64,000 bases of DNA, taken from positions 1 through 64,000 of the IMG/VR virus record IMGVR_UViG_3300029451_000002, one strand, 5' to 3'. The notes beneath the pieces were generated by a model. That model searched no databases, was not told the origin of the DNA, and saw nothing but the letters and a program-made list of their open reading frames with translations. This DNA comes from a virus. Shown here in pieces: positions 46,447 to 55,786 of the stretch. Made by a program: the position numbers and the translations under genes. Numbering within the stretch: the first letter of the stretch is position 1; each line of letters starts with the position of its first letter.

Positions 46447-47220
46447 ATGATAGAGCTGAATAAGATATATAATGAGGATTGTCTAGTGGGAATGAAACAG
46501 ATTCCGGACGTAAGTGTGGATTGTATTATCTGCGATTTGCCTTATGGCGTTCTCAATAAAAAGAGTGAGGGCGGTGGCTGGGATAGCATTATTCCGTTTG
46601 AACCATTGTGGAAAGAATATCTGCGCATAACAAAACCTAATGCAGCGATTATTCTTTTCTGTCAAGGTATGTATACCGCACAGCTTATGATGTCGCAGCC
46701 GAAACTTTGGAAATATAATCTTATTTGGAGCAAGCAGCGGGTAACAGGCTTTTTGAATGCCAACAAGATGCCTCTGCGCTCGCATGAGGATATTGCCGTA
46801 TTCTATCGGAAACAACCTATCTACAATCCTCAGATGGTAAAATGTGCGCCACATCAAAGAAATCATCGAAGAGGCGACGGTTCTCATAGTTTGAAACGAG
46901 GTTGCTATGGCGATCATAAAGAAGTGCCTACTATCGTATCAGATGAGAAATTTCCAAAGAGCATTCTCTGCTTCGACAAGGAACATTCTGCCGACACTTT
47001 CCACCCCACTCAAAAGCCAGTCGCTCTTATTCAGTACCTCATCCGTACCTACTCCAACGAGGGCGACACCATCTTAGACAACTGCATGGGCAGCGGCACT
47101 ACCGCCATCGCCTGCATCAGAGAAAAGAGGAACTTCATCGGCTTTGAGATGAACAAAGAATATTACGACAAGGCTTGTAAGCGCATTAAGTTAGAAATGA
47201 TGCAACCAAGCCTATTCTAA
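46447..47220 (+). CDS. DNA amino-methyltransferase (N6A/N4C, PF01555-like)
   Basis: DCIICDLPYGV (motif IV) before LDNCMGSGTTAIAC (motif I). Confidence 0.8.
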   Translation: MIELNKIYNEDCLVGMKQIPDVSVDCIICDLPYGVLNKKSEGGGWDSIIPFEPLWKEYLRITKPNAAIILFCQGMYTAQLMMSQPKLWKYNLIWSKQRVTGFLNANKMPLRSHEDIAVFYRKQPIYNPQMVKCAPHQRNHRRGDGSHSLKRGCYGDHKEVPTIVSDEKFPKSILCFDKEHSADTFHPTQKPVALIQYLIRTYSNEGDTILDNCMGSGTTAIACIREKRNFIGFEMNKEYYDKACKRIKLEMMQPSLF

Positions 47221-47239
47221 AACGTAAATAGTTGAGAAT

Positions 47240-47626
47240 ATGAAAAAAGAAGATAGACTTAAAATATATCGCAAATACGATGGGCATTGTGCTTATTGCG
47301 GCAAGAGTATAGAGTATAAGGATATGCAGGTTGACCATCTTGTTCCGAAGAATCGAGGTTGTTACTCTCGGTGGAGCGACAAGGAGGGAAAGTTTGTCGT
47401 ATCCCATGGCGATGAATCCATGGAGAACTATATGCCATCTTGCAGGTCTTGTAATCTTCGTAAGCGTGATATGAGTTTGGAACAATTTCGCTCAGAGATT
47501 ACTAGACAGGCTAAAGGATTGCTTAATGGTAAGGCTTCTTTCCAAGTAAAGATGTCGCTTGCTTATGGTTTAATCGAAGAGCACTTTGATAGACAAATTG
47601 AGTTCTACTTTGAGAAATTTAAATAG
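47240..47626 (+). CDS. HNH endonuclease (free-standing, homing-type), copy 1
   Basis: DGHCAYCG...QVDHLVPKNRG...NYMPSCRSCN; about 70% identical to 55752..56165. Confidence 0.75.
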   Translation: MKKEDRLKIYRKYDGHCAYCGKSIEYKDMQVDHLVPKNRGCYSRWSDKEGKFVVSHGDESMENYMPSCRSCNLRKRDMSLEQFRSEITRQAKGLLNGKASFQVKMSLAYGLIEEHFDRQIEFYFEKFK

Positions 47627-47634
47627 TTGGGAAT

Positions 47635-47919
47635 ATGAAGAAGTTTAAGAAGTCGATAGAGATTAGCACTGAGAATATTTCAGACGTTCTTCAAGTGCCA
47701 ATTGTTACAAGTTTATACAAGACTAAGAATTTTAAAAATCCTTGTCTTGAAGGTAGTAGCGTTCCTTATGATACTATAGCACTGATGTATGTTCATATCG
47801 AAGGCTTTGATAGCGATTTTTGTATTAACCAAGGCAACATTCTCGCTCTTGACATTTGTGATACTTGGTATGCCTTTTCAAGAGCAGGGTGGGAGAAACA
47901 TAAAAACGATGAGGTATGA
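47635..47919 (+). CDS. hypothetical protein
   Basis: ATG ORF. Confidence 0.4.
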   Translation: MKKFKKSIEISTENISDVLQVPIVTSLYKTKNFKNPCLEGSSVPYDTIALMYVHIEGFDSDFCINQGNILALDICDTWYAFSRAGWEKHKNDEV

Positions 47920-48326
47920 AGAAGAAAGGATATTACGAATACGACCAGCCCATTTACCCACACTTATTGTGTGTTGGGGTTGGGTTGCAGTTTGAGGATG
48001 CAAAGAAAGCATTCTTGAATAATGATGGTACGGATATTGAAAAGTACGATTTTTTAAATGGTGATGGATTTACTTATTACGGACTTCACATAAGAGAAAC
48101 AGGAAGAAAGTGCGTTCTTGTTTTATTCAGTAGCAGTAAGGCTATGCGTATGAATGTAATTTGTCATGAGGCTAGTCACGCTTGTGATGCTATCGAGGGT
48201 AATATTGAAATGGAACATGGTGGAGAACCATCTGCCTATCTGATAGGTTGGATAGCATCATGTATCAATAAGGCTCGTTTGGAAATTGGAGATTTTGTTG
48301 AAATCGTAGATAAGGAAGAAAAATAG
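47916..48326 (+). CDS. small putative zinc metallopeptidase (HExxH)
   Basis: ICHEASHACD contains HEASH; 136 aa. Confidence 0.3.
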   Translation: MKKKGYYEYDQPIYPHLLCVGVGLQFEDAKKAFLNNDGTDIEKYDFLNGDGFTYYGLHIRETGRKCVLVLFSSSKAMRMNVICHEASHACDAIEGNIEMEHGGEPSAYLIGWIASCINKARLEIGDFVEIVDKEEK

Positions 48327-48397
48327 CCCAAAGGCAAAATACCCTTTGGTGTTTACCCCATCACTATATATAATAATGTAGTGGTGGGGATTTTTGT
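48327..48397 (+). terminator. Tandem terminator hairpins (cccaaagg...cctttgg; ccccatcacta...tagtggtgggg plus T-run)
   Basis: Second hairpin identical to 5525-5566. Confidence 0.65.
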
Positions 48398-48469
48398 GTT
48401 AACGTCAGCAAATTATTTGTTTGTATTATTATAGAGTGTTAAAAGCTATAAGAAATACATTAAATAACT

Positions 48470-48549
48470 TGCATATTTCGAATATTCTTTGTATCTTTGC
48501 AATGTAATTAAGAAACAAGGTTACTAATTTTAAAAAGGTGAGACACACC
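48470..48549 (+). promoter_or_regulatory. Promoter (TATCTTTG at 48492-48499) plus conserved leader motif (48537-48549)
   Basis: Cassette copy 4. Confidence 0.6.
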
Positions 48550-48569
48550 ATAAAAACTGTAAGAAGAAA

Positions 48570-48944
48570 ATGAAAAAGTTTTTTGAAAACTTATCTGAAA
48601 AGATTGAAGATGCGGCTTTTGAGGCGCAGCTTGATGATTTTACTTGCGAGTTTGATGCTATTAACAAACCAGCCGAAATCGTAGTGTCTGTTAAGAGTAG
48701 AAAGGTTATTCATTCAAATGGAAACGTTTCTTCTTATCCATATTACAATGTAGATAAGATTAATATCTATGATGAAGACGGAAAAGACGTTTCTTCAAAA
48801 TATCCTTTGTTCTGCCAAAGAGTTAAGGATTGCGTGCCTTCTTATAAAGGTGTTGAGAATGACTTGACGGAGGCAAATATGAGCGATACCGAGCTTTATT
48901 TCGGCTCAGAGGCTAATTATTTGCATTACAAGTATGGTAACTAA
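48570..48944 (+). CDS. hypothetical protein
   Basis: ATG 20 nt after the leader motif. Confidence 0.5.
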   Translation: MKKFFENLSEKIEDAAFEAQLDDFTCEFDAINKPAEIVVSVKSRKVIHSNGNVSSYPYYNVDKINIYDEDGKDVSSKYPLFCQRVKDCVPSYKGVENDLTEANMSDTELYFGSEANYLHYKYGN

Positions 48945-49068
48945 ATGGTTTGGATATGGAGTACGAAAATAACTTTGTAGGTCTTTCATCTGTAACGAGT
49001 CACGCCCTTGAAATATTAAGGTATGAACTAGAGTATGGATGGACATTGGCTCTTATGCCAAATGATGT

Positions 49069-49476
49069 GTGGTACAACTAATTACTTTTAAAATTTCAAA
49101 TTATGGCAGAATATATGAGCTTCTTCTAGAAGAACCATTCAGAGAAGATGTTGGAGATATTGAACTTCGCCTTGCTACGGACTCAGAGAAGCAGCAACTC
49201 TTTGAAGCATTAGCTAAGGAAAGCAAACAATGGGATGCTGGCAAGAAAATGATTATTGACTTGAAGCAAAAAGTCGAGCTGAAGCCATTCGATAAGGTGT
49301 TGGTTAGACATCAAAAAACAGAGGAATGGAGTGCAAATATATTTAGCCATACAGATAAGACAGATGAATATCTTGACTATGTATGTGTTAATGGTAGATG
49401 GGAGTTCTGCATCCCTTACGAAGGCAACGAATCATTGTTAGGTACAACTAAAGACGTGGAGGATAGATATGATTAG
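49069..49476 (+). CDS. hypothetical protein
   Basis: ORF. Confidence 0.4.
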   Translation: MVQLITFKISNYGRIYELLLEEPFREDVGDIELRLATDSEKQQLFEALAKESKQWDAGKKMIIDLKQKVELKPFDKVLVRHQKTEEWSANIFSHTDKTDEYLDYVCVNGRWEFCIPYEGNESLLGTTKDVEDRYD

Positions 49477-49678
49477 AGACGATGCAAAGATAATTATAAC
49501 ACCAACTAGTGTATTACTTAAAGAAGCCTTGACTAGTGAAGAAATCAATGAAGCTCATATCTATAGAGGTTATGATTGCATTCCGCAACTAAAGTATGCT
49601 GGCAACCCTCCTAGTGGCAAGGAAATCCGTAGAACTAGGAGAATGTTAGAACTCAGAAAAAGAAAGGGTAGATTATGA
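49469..49678 (+). CDS. hypothetical protein
   Basis: ORF. Confidence 0.35.
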   Translation: MIRDDAKIIITPTSVLLKEALTSEEINEAHIYRGYDCIPQLKYAGNPPSGKEIRRTRRMLELRKRKGRL

Positions 49679-49860
49679 ATGATGAAAGCATAGATGTTAA
49701 CATTAGTTTTATCAATACTGATTATTTCTCAGTATCTGTAAGGGATGGGGCTATTTCAGTTATTGGTAGAATAACCAAGTTAGAGATGGAAAAATTTATA
49801 AAGGCTCAATATTTCGAGATTAAAGAGGTATTGGATAAAAATAGCAAGAAAGGAAGATAA
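49675..49860 (+). CDS. hypothetical protein
   Basis: ORF. Confidence 0.35.
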   Translation: MNDESIDVNISFINTDYFSVSVRDGAISVIGRITKLEMEKFIKAQYFEIKEVLDKNSKKGR

Positions 49861-49862
49861 TT

Positions 49863-50276
49863 ATGATAGACGACAAGAAAATAGAAGCTGCAAAGCAAGA
49901 AATCTATGAAGATAGATTCCTGTTAAATGGCGAAGAAGTAGTCTTCGATAATGATGCTAAAGAGGAAATGTTCTATGAAGGGGACATTAAGGAAGCTATC
50001 GGGCTTGGTGCTAAGTGGGCTATCAATGAGTTCTTGAACGATTTGAATAAATTGCTTCATCCTGCTAGCGAAGTTCCTAGAAATGATAACGGAAAGATTC
50101 TCGCATTCTCAAAAGTGAATAGTAATATAAAGCTCTACGATATGAACGCTATGTTAAATGAAACTGCTTGTGACACATATCAAGAAATGTGGGAAATTAG
50201 AGTTAGAGCATATACTTTTACTGATTGGGTATTTGTGGAAGAACTACTTGATTTAATTGTCAAAGGAGGTGAGTAA
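49863..50276 (+). CDS. hypothetical protein
   Basis: ATG ORF. Confidence 0.45.
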   Translation: MIDDKKIEAAKQEIYEDRFLLNGEEVVFDNDAKEEMFYEGDIKEAIGLGAKWAINEFLNDLNKLLHPASEVPRNDNGKILAFSKVNSNIKLYDMNAMLNETACDTYQEMWEIRVRAYTFTDWVFVEELLDLIVKGGE

Positions 50277-50476
50277 TGAAAGAGCTTAAAGATTTAGTTG
50301 AGGGCGATGAAGTACTAGTTACAGGTATGTATCATAGACATATCGCCAAGGTTGATAAAGTGACAAAGACTCAAATTATTGTTAATAACGCTAGATTTAG
50401 AAGAGATTCTGGCTGGCAATGTGGTATCGATAGATGGGATAGGAAAAGTATATCCGTTCCCCAATATAAGAAATAA
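50276..50476 (+). CDS. hypothetical protein
   Basis: ATG ORF. Confidence 0.4.
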   Translation: MKELKDLVEGDEVLVTGMYHRHIAKVDKVTKTQIIVNNARFRRDSGWQCGIDRWDRKSISVPQYKK

Positions 50477-50756
50477 ACCCTTCTGCTACATCTAAGTAAT
50501 AGTACCATCTGTTTTGTGTTCTCCATCCATTCTTCTCTAGAATCTCAGTAGTGAGAGGAATCGGAGATACCTCATCATTATAAGTTTGAATCCAATCGTC
50601 TTTAGAAGAACCTTGAAACCCTTTACCAATAAATACAACAAGACTATAGCAACCTTTTCTTCTTAAAAAAGTATTTGTTACGAAACCTATTTTTCCAGTA
50701 GCTTTTCCATATTCAATTTTTACTATATCTCCTGGAATATATTCTAATTTATCCAT
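50397..50756 (-). CDS. ILEKNGW-family paralog on the inverted segment (N-terminal homology, novel C-terminus)
   Basis: EYIPGDIV...ILEKNGW aligns to the N-terminal two-thirds of 7689..8057. Confidence 0.45.
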   Translation of the reverse strand: MDKLEYIPGDIVKIEYGKATGKIGFVTNTFLRRKGCYSLVVFIGKGFQGSSKDDWIQTYNDEVSPIPLTTEILEKNGWRTQNRWYYYLDVAEGFISYIGERIYFSYPIYRYHIASQNLF

Positions 50757-51290
50757 ACGTTTTACTTTTTATTATCCATCATAAGAGCCATTTCACATAC
50801 CTTGTGACACATTTGAAGTACGTCTGATATACTTCTAGTGCTCCAATTATAGTACATTCTTCCGTGGTCTTCGGTTATTACTACAACCTGTCTGTCACGG
50901 AGGATTCGCCATATCATTTTCAACTTCTGTTTCATACGCCTAGTCTTTTATATATTCATTTACTTCACACAGAACCTTTTCTAGCAGGTTCTTTAGAATC
51001 TTCAATTCATCATTTGAATATGTAGCTATAGGATAACCATCAAGGGTAGTTTCGCCAAAGAAGCTACGACTTATCTTTAATGAGTGTTTATTCTTTTTCA
51101 TTTTTCTTTGCCTTTTACAATATTGTACACTTGTTTTAACTCATCTGTTGATAAGCGTTTGAAATCAAAAGAACTGATAGAGTAGATGAGAGTCTTACGA
51201 AGATTCTCTTCTTTAACATCTGATATTTCCTTTTCTGTAGGAACGGATAGACTTTAAGCATAAATCTAATAAAGGTCATCTATATGTAGA

Positions 51291-51390
51291 GGTTGATGGA
51301 AATAATATGGTAGAGATACAATACTGCCACGAACTCCAGCATTTTCTCTTCGGTCTAGGACTTAACTCAGAAATGGAGGTGTAGGTATGA
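51291..51390 (+). pseudogene. C-terminal remnant of an ILEKNGW-family gene
   Basis: Translates ...EIQYCHELQHFLFGLGLNSEMEV*, matching the C-terminus of 7689..8057; identical 22-nt junction agaaatggaggtgtaggt.tatga. Confidence 0.45.
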
Positions 51391-51508
51391 GTGTAGCAAC
51401 ACAAGTAAATTACCATTGCCCTTTCTACGGAAGAAAATGTTACCAATGCGGTTATTGGAATCGTAGAGGAAATGAATGTGAGATAATAACTCATCAAGAC
51501 AGAAAGAT

Positions 51509-51841
51509 TTGATGTTTAACCTAACATTTAAAGATATGACAAAAGAAGAATTAGAAGCAAAGGTTACTAAGAAACAAAATCTTATTAATGCTATAAATGA
51601 CGAGATTCTTTCTTACGTAACGGAATACATTGAGGGCTTACCATACAAGGTTGGCGATAAAGTTAGCTGCTCTAGATGTGATGTTTGTTGGATTGAGACC
51701 ATCACACCAGAACAATATAATAGTTACTATACAGGCGATATTGTAATAAGAATCAACCCAGCCAAGAAAGATGGCACTCGCTCGAATAGATTGTTTGTAC
51801 TATTTGGCATGGAAATCGATAGCATCAAGAAGATTGATTAA
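51509..51841 (+). CDS. hypothetical protein
   Basis: ATG ORF. Confidence 0.45.
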   Translation: MMFNLTFKDMTKEELEAKVTKKQNLINAINDEILSYVTEYIEGLPYKVGDKVSCSRCDVCWIETITPEQYNSYYTGDIVIRINPAKKDGTRSNRLFVLFGMEIDSIKKID

Positions 51842-52077
51842 CCATCCTGCAAAGGATATAAATAGATAGTAATATGGAAATAATACCAGCTTGTATCAAC
51901 TGTAAGCATATAAAACGACAATATGGCGTCTTATATTGTGATGTTGATAAGTCAAGAGTAGAAGAATCTGATTGTTGCGATGGTGATAATTGGAATTTTG
52001 AAAGTATATTTAAATAAACTAACCACCCTCTACTTGGCAACAGGGAGGGGGGGGAGGGAAGAAGAGAAAATGGAAGT

Positions 52078-52383
52078 ATGGATAAGAAAGAGAAATCAAT
52101 CAATAGTCATATTGGTAAGGCTATAGGCTATTCAGATAAAGCTCATTACGAGTTGCAAACCGCTCTAAATATTGCTTTGGAAGGAAAAGGGCTTAGTGAC
52201 GAGGAAAAGGAACTTCTAAGCGTTGACTTTGCAACGGGACCAGAAGAAGCCGTAGAGCGTGTTGCTGATGGTAGTTGTAATGATGAACATACCAGTGCCT
52301 GGGATAGCTCAATTAGAGACTGCCGAATATCTGAGGTATATCGCATGACAGGTGAGCAGATACGTGAATATTTTAATTTGTAA
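52078..52383 (+). CDS. hypothetical protein
   Basis: ATG ORF; G-rich tract just upstream. Confidence 0.45.
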   Translation: MDKKEKSINSHIGKAIGYSDKAHYELQTALNIALEGKGLSDEEKELLSVDFATGPEEAVERVADGSCNDEHTSAWDSSIRDCRISEVYRMTGEQIREYFNL

Positions 52384-52385
52384 CT

Positions 52386-52745
52386 ATGGATAAGAAGAAA
52401 GTTAAAGAGCTGATACAAGAAGTTATCAACAGCAATATTGATAGCTTGGAATTTGGATGCGATAAGCATAATGCTCCTTTGAGAAAGGCAAATAGCTTAT
52501 TGCATGATGCTTTGATAGAGTTAGGAAAGTCAGACTGGGTATCTGTTGAGGATGGGTTGCCACCTTATGGAGAGAATGTTCTTGCTATATCAAAAGATGG
52601 GTATATGAATGTGTCTTACAGACGTAAGATTCCAAGAGATAAAATTAGTAGAGAGGTTATGGATGATAACGGATTCATTCTAAACTTCAATTTGCATTGT
52701 AGCACTATCACTCATTGGAAACCTATTGATAAGTTGGAGGAATAG
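52386..52745 (+). CDS. DUF551-like protein (paralog of 29034..29360)
   Basis: WVSVEDGLPP ... THWKPIDKLE. Confidence 0.4.
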   Translation: MDKKKVKELIQEVINSNIDSLEFGCDKHNAPLRKANSLLHDALIELGKSDWVSVEDGLPPYGENVLAISKDGYMNVSYRRKIPRDKISREVMDDNGFILNFNLHCSTITHWKPIDKLEE

Positions 52746-52747
52746 TT

Positions 52748-52969
52748 ATGGATAAAAACGTTTGTGATAACACATTAGTCTTTGGCAGTTGCCATGCTAG
52801 AAGCTGTATTGAAGTACCTTCTTTGAACGCAGGAAAGGCTAAATGGAAGGCTTTCTATGATAAGTTCCCTTGGCTTAAAGGTCAACCTTTCTATCTTAGA
52901 CGTTCATGCTTCTGGGATGGAGGTGAAAGAAATCTGAAGGCAATAAAAATAAAACTTAAAAAGATATAG
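52748..52969 (+). CDS. hypothetical protein
   Basis: ATG ORF. Confidence 0.4.
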   Translation: MDKNVCDNTLVFGSCHARSCIEVPSLNAGKAKWKAFYDKFPWLKGQPFYLRRSCFWDGGERNLKAIKIKLKKI

Positions 52970-52971
52970 TT

Positions 52972-53160
52972 ATGGCATGGGTAGCAGTTAATTATCATGG
53001 TGTGGAAGTTATTCTTTCAGATAGACCGAAGAAATTATTCCGTAGGTTATGGGGCAATGATAAAACCCAGATAATTCCTCTTCCACAAGGCTCTATCAAG
53101 AAGCTCATCGGAAGAGAGCTGTCTTGGCAAGATGAGCCAGTTGAACTTAAAGAAGAATAG
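52972..53160 (+). CDS. hypothetical protein
   Basis: ATG ORF. Confidence 0.35.
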   Translation: MAWVAVNYHGVEVILSDRPKKLFRRLWGNDKTQIIPLPQGSIKKLIGRELSWQDEPVELKEE

Positions 53161-53416
53161 CTTATGTTTGGATTTTATGTTATACTTACCCTAGCTGTTC
53201 TATATATAGCTTTTATGGGTGGAGTTATCGGTTATTTAATTGGTAAATATTGGAAGAGATAAATATGAGCATGCAAATATGTAAGGAAGCCTATCAAGAA
53301 TTGATAGACGGAGATATAGAATGGCTTCTTAGACAGCCTAGAGACCTCGAAAGAGACCATATAGAGACAGTGCTAAGAAAGAGTGTTGAACTTTTATACG
53401 GAAAGGAGAAATAGAT

Positions 53417-53731
53417 ATGGAAGTATTAAAAGACATAAGTCAGTTAACAAAAGGTTGCGGAGTGACATTTATTAAAAATGATATTTTCCACTTCTACGAG
53501 TACCTTATGGTACACCCTAATCGTGAAACCTATTATCTTTTTATAGATAACTGGACGCAAGACGTTGTACGAATACACGTCAGCGAACTCTTAAATGGAG
53601 ATTACTATATAGGTGAATATGATACTGTTTTCGTTAATAAAAAGATGATAGAATTTTATAAACGTATGATTCAGTGTCACGAGAAGAGAATTAAAGAGAG
53701 TTTAAAGAAAAATAGTTATGGCAACATATAG
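53417..53731 (+). CDS. hypothetical protein
   Basis: ATG ORF. Confidence 0.4.
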   Translation: MEVLKDISQLTKGCGVTFIKNDIFHFYEYLMVHPNRETYYLFIDNWTQDVVRIHVSELLNGDYYIGEYDTVFVNKKMIEFYKRMIQCHEKRIKESLKKNSYGNI

Positions 53732-53972
53732 AATAGTAGACATGTATCGCAAAAGCAAGGCTGTTAAAGGCATACATTACGATTCTCAGGATAATCCAAT
53801 CCTTGCTTATCGTGTAGATAAGAGACATTCATTGTTATTTGGACTTATCCATTATTGGGATTATGGTGCATATAACCTTTGCCCAACGTATTTGTTTTCT
53901 TCTATCGGTAAAGCAAAAGAAGCTATATTAAAGGTAGATAAAAGTAAAAGAATAACAATTTTATATGAATAG
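53718..53972 (+). CDS. hypothetical protein
   Basis: ATG ORF. Confidence 0.4.
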   Translation: MATYRIVDMYRKSKAVKGIHYDSQDNPILAYRVDKRHSLLFGLIHYWDYGAYNLCPTYLFSSIGKAKEAILKVDKSKRITILYE

Positions 53973-53975
53973 CTT

Positions 53976-54359
53976 ATGAAAATAAAAAACATAAAATTCA
54001 AGGCTAAGCAGCTCAACTCAGGAAAATGGTTTGAGGGCGATTTAGTACGTCTTGGGAATAGGGTATGTATAGGAGGAGACCATATAAAAGATGGTATAAC
54101 TGACGTTGACCCTTCTACAGTCTGTATGTTCACAGGGTTGAAAGATTGTGAAGGAAATGAGACTTGGGAAGGTGATATTCTACAGGATGTTGATGATGAC
54201 GATATTAAGTATGTTGTTATTTTCGATGTAGGCGCATTCCTTGCACGAAAGGAAGGTCTATATACAAGTATTCCTCTTCACGAATGTGTAGGTAGCTTGG
54301 GTAATGATGTAATAACTTATGCAAAAGTTGTCGGCAATAAATTCGATAAGAAGGAGTAG
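53976..54359 (+). CDS. YopX-like protein
   Basis: KFKAKQLNSGKWFEGDLV...FTGLKDCEGNETWEGDIL...VGNKFD resembles the YopX family pattern. Confidence 0.4.
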   Translation: MKIKNIKFKAKQLNSGKWFEGDLVRLGNRVCIGGDHIKDGITDVDPSTVCMFTGLKDCEGNETWEGDILQDVDDDDIKYVVIFDVGAFLARKEGLYTSIPLHECVGSLGNDVITYAKVVGNKFDKKE

Positions 54360-54686
54360 TGTATGAAAAGTATATTCTCTATGTTTGCTTATTGGGATAG
54401 AGTACATCAATTCCCAGACGGGCATATTAAAGTAGAAAATAATTTAGCGTGGAGAAGAAAATATCTCCATGTTCTCAGTAGAAACAAACAATTAATCTTT
54501 TAGCGTATGAAAAAAGAAACAAGAAATGTAGTAGTTCTCGATTGGGAGGATAAAATTAAGCTACAACAATTTATCAAGGATTTGGAACAAATCTCTGAGA
54601 CTTACCAAAGGCCTTGTAAGGAACTTACAGGTATCAATAATACAATTTACTATCTCAAAACGATTGAGGAGGAAATTAATTAAGAT

Positions 54687-54944
54687 ATGAGACTTTTAAA
54701 GAAAGATAAGCTAACGGCATATTGGGATAAGAAAGAGAACTGCATTGGTGCTTATCATCCTCTAGGGTTTATGACTCAAACAGATGCTCATTATCTTTTC
54801 GATAAGGTCTTCACCAAAGAGTTTGTCAAAGAAATGACTGATAGAGGATATGATGTTACAACGATGAAGTTTGAAATCTCTCCCAAGTTGCCGAACTATG
54901 AGCGATTCAACGGCTTATCAGAGAAGTATTACGGAAAGAAATAG
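54687..54944 (+). CDS. hypothetical protein
   Basis: ATG ORF. Confidence 0.4.
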   Translation: MRLLKKDKLTAYWDKKENCIGAYHPLGFMTQTDAHYLFDKVFTKEFVKEMTDRGYDVTTMKFEISPKLPNYERFNGLSEKYYGKK

Positions 54945-54950
54945 TAGCGT

Positions 54951-55184
54951 ATGAAGAATAAGATTTTAAACTTAATTAAGTCAGCCGTTTGGTTTGTCTT
55001 GTGTTTGTTTGTAGGAGCATTGATTTTTGAGGGCATTCGCTCTTTGGCTAATAGCAATGAACCTGCAAAGAAGATTGGTATGTCAGTATTCACTGAGGAA
55101 GGACACGATTATCTGGTTGTGGACACGAAACATGGTGTTTGCGTTATCCACGCTGAGAGTTGCCCTTGTCGTAAAAAGAAGTAG
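54951..55184 (+). CDS. small membrane protein
   Basis: AVWFVLCLFVGALIF TM helix. Confidence 0.4.
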   Translation: MKNKILNLIKSAVWFVLCLFVGALIFEGIRSLANSNEPAKKIGMSVFTEEGHDYLVVDTKHGVCVIHAESCPCRKKK

Positions 55185-55187
55185 CGT

Positions 55188-55493
55188 ATGGAAAATAATA
55201 TGTTTGAAGATATTGTTGCTGAAGGCAATATAGTTGTGATAAATAATAATTGGATTGTGTTATGTAAGCGTTGGAGACCAGAGTGTTACAATCTCTTCTG
55301 CTATCTTTATCTTCATAAGGAAGATAAGAATTTAATGGTAGGCTCTCATTTCACAATGACCGAGGATAAAAAGAAATCTACTCGGTTGGCTACCAACGAG
55401 GAGCGTCTTATGCTTTTTGAAGAAATGTTCAAGTATGGAATTGCTTTCGATAAGCACGACCATCATTTGATTGGAAAATTGATTAGCGTATGA
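55188..55493 (+). CDS. hypothetical protein
   Basis: ATG ORF. Confidence 0.4.
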   Translation: MENNMFEDIVAEGNIVVINNNWIVLCKRWRPECYNLFCYLYLHKEDKNLMVGSHFTMTEDKKKSTRLATNEERLMLFEEMFKYGIAFDKHDHHLIGKLISV

Positions 55494-55786
55494 AGATTAG
55501 ACTAGCAAAGAAGATAATGAAGCAAGCTCGTCATCTAAGTACGGCAAGTGATTATTGGTACAGAAGATTAAGAGATTTTGAGTACAAAATATGCTATGGC
55601 TTTGTTGGTAAAAAAGACCACCGCATCACCAAGGCGATAAGTTTAACAAGTAAAAAGAGAAAAATGAGAATAAAAGATACTGACACTTTTGTGGATTTAA
55701 GTAAAGAAGATAAGGATGCTTTAGATACTTGGGCACATTATTGTAAACAACATGAAGGTTATGAAAGAAATGAAGAAGGAAACTAG
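55490..55786 (+). CDS. hypothetical protein
   Basis: ATG ORF. Confidence 0.4.
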   Translation: MKIRLAKKIMKQARHLSTASDYWYRRLRDFEYKICYGFVGKKDHRITKAISLTSKKRKMRIKDTDTFVDLSKEDKDALDTWAHYCKQHEGYERNEEGN

